The notes under the pieces are model-generated. The model was not told the origin of the DNA. It made no database searches and saw nothing but the letters and a program-made list of their open reading frames with translations. Below are positions 16,129-23,522 of a stretch of 23,522 nucleotides of DNA, piece by piece. Positions within the stretch are counted from its first letter, which is position 1. Each line of letters opens with the position of its first letter. Made by a program: the position numbers and the translations under genes. Location: NCBI GenBank assembly GCA_964510585.1, contig CAZECW010000209.1:1-23522 (forward strand), written 5' to 3'. Source of the stretch: an uncultured archaeon. Lineage in GTDB: Archaea; Asgardarchaeota; Jordiarchaeia; Jordiarchaeales; Jordiarchaeaceae.

Positions 16129-17186
16129 AAAAGATAGATGTCTCAATTTTGGGTTGCACAGGCACCGTGGGTCAAAGACTAATAGAAATGGTTTGCAACC
16201 ATCCTTGGTTTAACATTGTCTCCATCGCAGCTTCGGAAAGATCAGCTAGTAAAAAATACAAGGAGGCAGCTGTAAACTGGCACCTCCCCATAGACATTCC
16301 TGAGGGAATAAAGGATATGACAGTTGTAAATACCGATCCCCGAGAAACAGGGGCGCACCTGGTTTTCTCAGCCCTGCCTTCAGAAATAGCAAAAGAGGTT
16401 GAGAAGAACTTTGCGGAGGCGGGTTGTGTAGTTGCCAGCAACGCCAGCGCCTACAGAATGGAAAAAGATGTGCCCCTAGTTATTCCAGAGGTAAACCCAG
16501 ACCATCTTCAATTAATCGAAGTTCAGAAAGAAAATAGAGAGTGGGATGGGTATATAGTGACTGACCCCAACTGCACGACCATTGGTTTGGCTATGGTTCT
16601 TAAGCCCATTTACGACCGTTTCGGACTCGATACAGTGTATGTAAGTACTATGCAGGCCATTTCTGGAGCAGGCCTCCCCGGCGTTCCCGGATTACTAATC
16701 ACTGATAATATAATCCCATACATCAAAGATGAAGAGAAAAAAGTGATGACTGAGAACCTAAAAATTTTGGGTAAAATCAAAGATGGGGAGGTTAAATTTG
16801 CAGATTTCAAAATAGCGGTTTCGTGTAACAGGGTACCAGTAATTGATGGGCACACCGAAACGGTTTTCATCAAAACTAAGGATCCAGTGGATGTTGAAGA
16901 AGCCAAAAAAGTTCTCAGTGAATTTAAGGGCGAACCTCAAAAACTGAATTTGCCATCGGCTCCCCAAAAACCCATAATAGTTAGAGACGAGGAAGATAGG
17001 CCTCAGCCAAGATTGGATCGTATGGCAGGTACAGTTCCAGGAATGAGTGTAACAGTGGGAAGAGTAAGGCAGGGATTCGATGAGAATCATTTACTTTTGA
17101 CTCTAATCAGCCATAACACTATTAGAGGCGCAGCTGGAGCCGTAGTTCTTAATGCTGAACTTTTATACGCAAAAAAACTTTTGTGA
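16125..17186 (+). CDS. asd: aspartate-semialdehyde dehydrogenase (archaeal/fungal type)
   Basis: [34 protein letters not shown] catalytic Cys, [23 protein letters not shown] start overlaps the ask stop (TTGA). Confidence 0.97.
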   Translation: MKKIDVSILGCTGTVGQRLIEMVCNHPWFNIVSIAASERSASKKYKEAAVNWHLPIDIPEGIKDMTVVNTDPRETGAHLVFSALPSEIAKEVEKNFAEAGCVVASNASAYRMEKDVPLVIPEVNPDHLQLIEVQKENREWDGYIVTDPNCTTIGLAMVLKPIYDRFGLDTVYVSTMQAISGAGLPGVPGLLITDNIIPYIKDEEKKVMTENLKILGKIKDGEVKFADFKIAVSCNRVPVIDGHTETVFIKTKDPVDVEEAKKVLSEFKGEPQKLNLPSAPQKPIIVRDEEDRPQPRLDRMAGTVPGMSVTVGRVRQGFDENHLLLTLISHNTIRGAAGAVVLNAELLYAKKLL

Positions 17187-17197
17187 GATGATAAAAA

Positions 17198-17980
17198 ATG
17201 AGAGGAAAAGAACTTAGATTGAGGCGAATAATGGAAAACAACAAATCAGTCATAATTCCCATGGATCATGGAGTTACCAATGGACCAATTAAGGGACTTG
17301 AAAACATTAGAGGCATGGTGGAACTAGTTTCAAAAGGTGGCGCCACAGCGGTTTTGCTTCATAAGGGTATAATTAAACAATTAGAGAAAGCACCCAACTG
17401 TGGGCTAATAATGCATGTTTCAGGGAGCACCGCCTTGGGACCGGATCCTAACTGGAAGGTGATTGTAGGTACAGTGGAGGAAGCAGTAAAACTTGGCGTA
17501 GACGCAGTTTCCATACATGTTAACATCGGAAGTGAAAGGGAACCAGAGATGCTAAAGGATCTGGGTCAGATATCAACGGAGTGTGAGGATTGGCAAATGC
17601 CCCTAATTGCTATGATGTATCCTCGCGGTAAAAATATTGATGCATTTGATCCAAAGGTAATCGCCCACGCTTCAAGGATAGGAGCGGAGCTAGGAGCAGA
17701 CATTATAAAAACGCCGTTCACAGGAAAAGTAGACACCTTTTCAAAGGTGGTTGAAGGGTGCCCAGTACCTATTATTATCGCGGGAGGACCTAAAACAGAG
17801 ACTGACCGTGAAGCGCTTCAAATGGTTAAGGATTCTATGGAAGCAGGAGCCATAGGCGTGGCTATGGGGAGAAACGCATTCCAACACTCAAACCCCACAG
17901 CCTTCGTAAGAGCAGTATCAGAAATAGTTAAAAAAGGAATCTCGGTGGAGGAAGCACTAGAAATCTTGGGGTCAAAGTGA
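17198..17980 (+). CDS. aroA': 2-amino-3,7-dideoxy-D-threo-hept-6-ulosonate (ADH) synthase, class I aldolase (MJ0400 type)
   Basis: IIPMDHG...GP, PLIAMMYPRG, GAELGADIIKT Schiff-base Lys, GRNAFQH. Coupled to DHQ synthase II, which favours ADH synthase over a generic FBP aldolase. Confidence 0.88.
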   Translation: MRGKELRLRRIMENNKSVIIPMDHGVTNGPIKGLENIRGMVELVSKGGATAVLLHKGIIKQLEKAPNCGLIMHVSGSTALGPDPNWKVIVGTVEEAVKLGVDAVSIHVNIGSEREPEMLKDLGQISTECEDWQMPLIAMMYPRGKNIDAFDPKVIAHASRIGAELGADIIKTPFTGKVDTFSKVVEGCPVPIIIAGGPKTETDREALQMVKDSMEAGAIGVAMGRNAFQHSNPTAFVRAVSEIVKKGISVEEALEILGSK

Positions 17981-19056
17981 TGAAGAAGATAGTAATACGT
18001 CTTAATGGTGGCTGGGAGGACATTAAGGAACTAGCTGTAACTTCAATGACCAGCGGAATAAACGCCTTCGTAGCGGACAAATCAGTTATACCTCAACTCA
18101 AGCAACTTGGTTCGGTGACTGTTTTTTCCCCTTCCGAGAATCCCAAACCAGATGTACTGATTGTCAGAGAGGCCAGTCCCGAAAAAATTCTAAGAATCTT
18201 GGAGCATGAAAAAAGAGTAGCGTGTTGGGTAAACATAAAAACTAAGAAGGACGAAGAGAAAGTCTCTGAGCTCTCTAAAATGGGAGTCCCATATGTTATT
18301 GTGGAAACCGAAGACTGGAAAATAATTCCCATAGAAAACTTGATTGCGGAACTCCATAAATCCTCCACAGAGCTATATGCTGAAGCAAGAAACTTGGATG
18401 AGGCGAAAACCCTTTTCCAAACTCTAGAAATCGGAGTCGATGGGGTGATCTTCACACCCAAAACGGCCAAAGAAATAATTGAACTAAAGAAAATGATTGA
18501 GATGCCCAAAAGACTTGAATTGACCGCAGCAAAAGTTGTGGAGGTAAATGAGGTAGGATCGGGGGACCGCGTTTGCATAGATACCTGTTCACTTCTCAGG
18601 GAAGGCGAAGGGATGCTGGTGGGAAGCCAATCCCAGGGCTTATTCCTTATCCATAGCGAGACACTTCAAACAGAATTTGCAACACCCAGACCCTTCAGGG
18701 TGAATGCTGGGGCGGTGCACGCATATATATTGATGGCCGATGGAAAAACAAAGTATCTTTCGGAACTTGAAGCAGGCGACAATGTGCTTGCAGTTGATTA
18801 TCAGGGAAATTGCCGAGAAGTTGTTGTGGGACGCGTAAAGATAGAAAAAAGGCCCCTACTAATTGTTAAGGTGGAATTAGATAGAAAAAGTTTCAAAACG
18901 CTGGTTCAAAACGCTGAAACAGTAAACTTAGTGGACAAGGACGGAAAACCTATTTCAGTTGCAAAACTAAAAAAGGGAGACGAAATTCTGATTTACACCA
19001 TTACAGGCGGGCGACATTTTGGAAAATCCATAGAGGAAACAATCATAGAAAAATGA
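17977..19056 (+). CDS. aroB': 3-dehydroquinate synthase II (MJ1249 type)
   Basis: DWKIIPIENLIA, GSGDRVCIDTCSLL..GEGMLVGS, RPFRVNAGAVH, LVQNAETV, RHFG..I.ETI.EK. GTGA overlap with the aroA' stop. Confidence 0.95.
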   Translation: MMKKIVIRLNGGWEDIKELAVTSMTSGINAFVADKSVIPQLKQLGSVTVFSPSENPKPDVLIVREASPEKILRILEHEKRVACWVNIKTKKDEEKVSELSKMGVPYVIVETEDWKIIPIENLIAELHKSSTELYAEARNLDEAKTLFQTLEIGVDGVIFTPKTAKEIIELKKMIEMPKRLELTAAKVVEVNEVGSGDRVCIDTCSLLREGEGMLVGSQSQGLFLIHSETLQTEFATPRPFRVNAGAVHAYILMADGKTKYLSELEAGDNVLAVDYQGNCREVVVGRVKIEKRPLLIVKVELDRKSFKTLVQNAETVNLVDKDGKPISVAKLKKGDEILIYTITGGRHFGKSIEETIIEK

Positions 19057-19283
19057 AACTATAACGAAAACACAACACTTATGGCTAAAAAGTCAACCTA
19101 ATATTTCCTTTTATGTGTACTCAAAAGTACATAAAAAGCCCTATGGTTTGAGCTTAAAACCGGTGCTAAGTGAGGGGATACCTCCATTTTTTGGCAATGA
19201 AGGTGGGGAGGAGGATCCTCAACGACAACAGTTCTAACAGGGGACGCCATAAAAGCTGTCCTTACATTTTTACCAAGCCCTAT

Positions 19284-19760
19284 CTAAAATATTATGGTTA
19301 TGGGTTCTAGGTTAAGTTTTTTGTAGGTTTCCCTTAGGATATCTAAAATTTCGCTTAGGTTTCGGCTCACGTAAAGTAGATGGCTTACACAACCTCTTTT
19401 GCAGTCACTTGCACCGAATTTTTTACAAATCACTTCTCCATAACTCTTAAGCTCCCTCACCACATCATGCTCTCTATTTTTTAGAGCTTCAGAAAAAATT
19501 ACACCAACAATTTTTGAGTTGTTATCTGTAAGAAGATAATCAATGTGCCAAAAATTATTCTTCTTATCTGAAAGATGCCTCTTTATTCTGCCCTCCAAAC
19601 CACTGGATCCCTTACCCATGGCAGATCCAGTATACACATAAAACCCAGCTGGAAGTTTGATTATTCCCAAGCTGCCTACCTGAATTCGCGTTCCACTAGT
19701 GATTTCAATTATTAGGGAGTAAACACCCCTTGTATCAGATCTAGTAATCATTATCGTCAC
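19284..19760 (-). CDS. GIY-YIG (Uri) superfamily nuclease, DUF123/COG1833 type
   Basis: GVYSLII, GFYVYTGSAMG, RIKRH, FWHIDYLL, E, FGASDC..GC.SHL. Confidence 0.88.
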   Translation of the reverse strand: MTIMITRSDTRGVYSLIIEITSGTRIQVGSLGIIKLPAGFYVYTGSAMGKGSSGLEGRIKRHLSDKKNNFWHIDYLLTDNNSKIVGVIFSEALKNREHDVVRELKSYGEVICKKFGASDCKRGCVSHLLYVSRNLSEILDILRETYKKLNLEPITIIF

Positions 19761-20309
19761 TAATCTATGATTAATGGAGCGAAAATAGATATTTTGAATT
19801 TGTTAGGAATATTTCCCGTCTCAGCGTAACTATAATCAATCATCCCCATAGGTCATTCTTGCCGGTTTGCTTCATCGATTTCGGGTATCCTTTTCTCTTT
19901 TTGATTAACAAAATTTTCTCATATTACAATGTTTTAGGAAGGATTAAACCTTTTCCAATGGCAATCCACAAATAATTAGGATTTTTCAATTTTTTATATA
20001 TTATAAATATTGCAATTCTCATAGTTAACTATTTTCTAAAAAAGCTTTAGAGTATCAAGGTTTGTTATCGTTACTCCCACATCCACTAATCTACCATCAA
20101 GAGGCAAAGCTCCGCCTTTTTGTCAAAGGGGCAAAATCCCAAAATAAGGAAGTTTTCCGCCGGCAAATTCATACCATAAGATGCGGCGGAAAACTAGGGC
20201 TTTTCATAATTCTTCTGAAAATGCGATGTCCACGTAATTTTTTTATAAAACTTTAAATGGTCTAGAACCCCATATTATATAATAAATACTACTTCTAGGA
20301 GATAGCGGG

Positions 20310-22313
20310 ATGCAGGAAGAAAATAGTTCAAAAGCAGGTGATTTAAAGGCTGAGGATTTCTATTCTGCTGATTTGCTGCGTAAAAACCTTAGTGACTTGG
20401 AATCTGCGGTAGACGATGTAAGGCTTGGGTTGGACGCTGCGATTTCAGGAAGTTTGGAGAATTTAAAGGAGAATATCCTTAATATGAAGGATTTAGTGAG
20501 TGAGCGTTTAGTTGCTAAGGTTCACATTCGATTTGCTTCAGAACTAATAAAATACACATTTGTTGACACGGTATCAGAAGTTGTTGATGAAGTTAGAGAA
20601 CAAGCCATGCAAAACCTCTCCAATGCCATCGAAGGTGAGATGCAAGTCTTTAGAGAAGCTATAAACAAGTTCGCCAAAAATTTTTCTAACGTTCTTAAAG
20701 GAGAGAGGGAAAAAGTTAATGAAACAATTAGACAGTTTGATAAGCAACTCGCGGAGCGAGAAGCCCTTTTGAAAAAGAACACCCTAGCCTTAGTAGAAAA
20801 GGTAAAGGAACTTGAGGAAAAAGACAGAGAGCTGGAAACTAGGAGAAGAGAGTTAGAAGAGATAAAGAGTAGCCTAGAACAGAAAAGAGCGGAGTTGGAT
20901 TCTGTAGAATCCCAAATGAAGTCTGCTTTAGAAAAATATGAGGAGGAAAAACTGAAGTCCCGAACGCTTCTTGAAAAACTCGAAAACGCGGAGCAAGAAA
21001 TTAAAAAACTTGAGAGTAAGGAGAAGGAAGTTAGACAGAGGGTGGAGGAGCTAAACAGCCAGCTTCTTGAAAGAGAAAAAATTTTCAAAGAAACTAGTGA
21101 AAAGCTCAAAGAGAGAGAAAAATTATTAGAAGAAAAAACCCGTGAACTAGACCAAAAACGAGTCAGCCTAGAAAAAATTGAAAAAGAGCTTGAGAACGCA
21201 CGGCAGGAGTACAATAATCTAAAGAAATTGTTGGAAGAAGAAAAAAGTCGCTCGGGAGAGCTGTTAGAAAAATATGAAAAAGCACTGTTAGAGGCTAAAA
21301 AACTTGAGGAAGAGGAAGCAATAGCTAGAGCCCGCATACAGGAACTTAACTCCCAACTTAAAGAAAAAGAGAAGATGCTGGATGAGAGAACCAAACATCT
21401 TTTAGAGAGGGAGAAGGCCTTAGAAGAAACTAACACCCAGCTTGAGGCAAAGAGCAAAGAACTTCAAGAAAAAGAAAAAGAGTTAACAGCAAAGAAGGAG
21501 GAGCTGGAAAAAATAAGATTTGAATTGGAGTCCACAAGCAAAGAACTGTCAAGACTTCAAATGACACTTGAAACCGAAAGAGGAAGAGCAGCGGAACTAG
21601 AAGAGAAATTAGAGGGTGCACAGCTTGAGCTATCCAAATTTAACCAGCAAATCAAAAACCTGGAGAGCATGATTAAAGAGAGAGACGCCTTCATAGCCGA
21701 AGGGGCAAACATGCTCAAACTGAAAGAAAGAGAAGTAGAGAGACTAAAAAGCCTAATTGCGGATAGCCGCAAAGACTTAGAACTTAAGGAAGATAGGCTT
21801 AGAGACGCCCAAAAACTCTTGGAGCAACTTGAGAGTGATGCTACAGGACTACGCTCTGAAATCGAAAACTTGAAAAGTGACATCGAGGGCAACGCAGCTT
21901 TAATCAGACAAAAAGAAAGCCAACTACGCTTAAAGGAAGAAGAGATAAAAGCACTAAGAGATGAGATACAAATAATCCAAAAGCAGGTATTTGTAAGGAA
22001 GGACGAAATAGAAGCAAAAGTTAAGGAGCTTGAGAATAAAGCTAAGGAATTGGATAAAATCAAAGAAGAACTTGATAGAGAAAAGAAGATTCGCGAAGAA
22101 CAATTAGATAAGTACAAAGAGGCTATGGTACTTGATCCTCGTTTCAAAATTTACTTTATAGTCGAAAGCGTCAAGAAAATCAACGTGGATAGTCTGATTA
22201 AAGCTACGGGAATAGCTCCAGTCCAAGTGCGTGCCAATCTTGCTTGGCTTGAAAGAGCAGGAATGGTAAAGGTAGAAGATAATATGGTATACGTTAGTAA
22301 ACATCTAACTTAA
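20310..22313 (+). CDS. long coiled-coil protein with C-terminal winged-helix-like domain
   Basis: 667 aa; about 470 aa of E/K/L-rich heptads. C-terminal DPRFKIYFIV...KKINVDSLIKATGIAPVQVRANLAWLERAGMVKVEDNMVYV has wHTH topology. No Walker motifs. Confidence 0.8.
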   Translation: MQEENSSKAGDLKAEDFYSADLLRKNLSDLESAVDDVRLGLDAAISGSLENLKENILNMKDLVSERLVAKVHIRFASELIKYTFVDTVSEVVDEVREQAMQNLSNAIEGEMQVFREAINKFAKNFSNVLKGEREKVNETIRQFDKQLAEREALLKKNTLALVEKVKELEEKDRELETRRRELEEIKSSLEQKRAELDSVESQMKSALEKYEEEKLKSRTLLEKLENAEQEIKKLESKEKEVRQRVEELNSQLLEREKIFKETSEKLKEREKLLEEKTRELDQKRVSLEKIEKELENARQEYNNLKKLLEEEKSRSGELLEKYEKALLEAKKLEEEEAIARARIQELNSQLKEKEKMLDERTKHLLEREKALEETNTQLEAKSKELQEKEKELTAKKEELEKIRFELESTSKELSRLQMTLETERGRAAELEEKLEGAQLELSKFNQQIKNLESMIKERDAFIAEGANMLKLKEREVERLKSLIADSRKDLELKEDRLRDAQKLLEQLESDATGLRSEIENLKSDIEGNAALIRQKESQLRLKEEEIKALRDEIQIIQKQVFVRKDEIEAKVKELENKAKELDKIKEELDREKKIREEQLDKYKEAMVLDPRFKIYFIVESVKKINVDSLIKATGIAPVQVRANLAWLERAGMVKVEDNMVYVSKHLT

Positions 22314-22351
22314 GAATTGGACGGTTACTTATTAGATTGCTTAGTAACAGT

Positions 22352-22513
22352 TTAAGAATCACAGTTTAAACACAAATGTTTGCCGCAAAACTCGCAGGTT
22401 ATGCTATGGGCTCCACATACAGGACGCCCACAGTCTTCACAATAATGGTCCGTTTCGCCCTTACAGAAATAGCACAAGGACTTTTTTGTTATTGTTTCAC
22501 AAACTGCTACCAT
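22352..22513 (-). CDS. small Cys/His-rich zinc-finger protein (53 aa)
   Basis: CYFC-x7-CEDC-x4-CGAH-x3-CEFC-x4-CLNC. ATG 22513 is preceded by AGGTGA/AAGGA, so it is preferred to the longer ORF start. Confidence 0.7.
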   Translation of the reverse strand: MVAVCETITKKSLCYFCKGETDHYCEDCGRPVCGAHSITCEFCGKHLCLNCDS

Positions 22514-22864
22514 TCCTTTTTCACCTTTTAGACAAATAGATTTCCAGAAGGATATTTTAAAATAGTGTATCAAAAAGAACAAACGTTTTCCAGAATGATT
22601 CAATTATAACACAAACAGAATGCTAAAACATAGTTATTAGGAAGCGGTAAAAAATATGGAACAATTTTTAAAGCTCATTTTTCCAAGAAATTACTCAATA
22701 GCTTTTAAATAAGTTGATTTCCTTTTCGGCACTCACCAAAAATCAAAAAATAGGGAAAAAGGATAGTTCCCCACAAGCTTAGAAGAAAAATTATGGAAAA
22801 CGAGTGGCAACAAAACAGATTTAATTTTGATTATCTAATTATTTGCAGAGAGACGGTGATTATT

Positions 22865-23161
22865 ATGCCCATTGAAGCATCTGATGTTAAGAAAATCATT
22901 GGAACATATATAGTTGATAATTATGGTCTCGTTTTCAAGTTACGCAAACTCTACTTAGATGAGGGATACTGGAAAGCCATATTTGGCTATCAGCACATCT
23001 CCCTTGGAAAATACATTGGGGATGTGGGAGAAATAATAGTGAATGCTGAGACCGGAAAAATTGTAGCAGCTCCCAACAAAGAAGAGGTTAAGGACAAGGT
23101 TTTAAAGTATAACAAAAAAGTTGAAAAAGCACTAGATTTGATTAAAGATGGAAAAATATAG
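22865..23161 (+). CDS. hypothetical protein, possibly PepSY-like fold
   Basis: GGTGA RBS before ATG 22865. GEIIVNAETGKIV resembles the PepSY signature (weak). Confidence 0.6.
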   Translation: MPIEASDVKKIIGTYIVDNYGLVFKLRKLYLDEGYWKAIFGYQHISLGKYIGDVGEIIVNAETGKIVAAPNKEEVKDKVLKYNKKVEKALDLIKDGKI

Positions 23162-23405
23162 AAAAATTAGATTCCCCCAGTTATTGCTATGAAAAACTTT
23201 TTTCATATTTTACCTTAAACGCTTTCAGCGTATAGGGGTTTGCTATGAGAAACATTTTCATAAATTGCCGTGAAAAATTTGTTCCATACTCTATCTAAGA
23301 CCTTAAGTGTATACGGGTTTATTATAAAAACATATTTTTATCCTTATTTATCTGGGAACACCGAATAGTTATCTGCCCGAGATGTGTAGAAGTTAGGGAC
23401 ATTTG

Positions 23406-23522
23406 TCACCCCTTGCTGTTAATTGGTAGGATGTCCTGTAATTTAAACGCTTCTACGAACCCCTCAAACCAAGAGGAGTTTGGTGGGACGCCGAACCGCT
23501 CATAGGGAGTCTGGAGGGTTAT
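23406..23522 (-). CDS. 3' end of a CDS truncated by the window edge
   Basis: Minus-strand frame open from the edge: ITLQTPYERFGVPPNSSWFEGFVEAFKLQDILPINSKG then TGA at 23408-23406. Confidence 0.4.
   Translation of the reverse strand: MTLQTPYERFGVPPNSSWFEGFVEAFKLQDILPINSKG

Noticed and set aside
19098-19250. About 50-aa minus-strand ORF and small hairpins after aroB'
   Set aside because: No RBS, motif or RNA family recognised; compatible with a convergent terminator region.
20522-22304. Long Ser/Leu/Phe-rich antisense ORFs
   Set aside because: Shadow frames of the Glu/Lys-rich coiled-coil gene. The same applies to the other antisense or alternate-frame ORFs inside rpo2, ask, asd, aroB' and cooC.
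23471-23495. Possible tRNA 3' end on the minus strand (GGCGTCCCACCA)
   Set aside because: No T-arm can be built; the segment reads better as an open C-terminal coding frame.

Overview
Archaeal chromosomal window. A TACK- or Asgard-like lineage is inferred from the unsplit Rpo2, eL33/L35Ae, the GPN-loop GTPase and multi-intron tRNAs; there is no direct taxonomic proof. Housekeeping content: CooC plus DUF2096, OGG glycosylase, an isolated rpl23, a SPOUT methyltransferase, a stand-alone RNA polymerase subunit B, Lrp, a PIN-fold protein, a GPN GTPase, rpl35ae, an ask-asd-aroA'-aroB' operon, a GIY-YIG nuclease and a long coiled-coil/winged-helix protein. The standout is the 1.35-kb RNA-gene island at 6902-8238. 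It holds a circularly permuted 5S rRNA gene (3' half first, 6-nt linker, then 5' half) enclosed by a bulge-helix-bulge (BHB) processing stem; cleavage and ligation at the standard BHB sites would restore the conserved CCGAACACGGAAGT motif exactly. Around it lie tRNA-Trp, tRNA-Asp and tRNA-Lys genes carrying 3, 2 and 3 BHB introns, one of which is a box C/D guide RNA. All RNA structures were paired by hand; no database searches were run.
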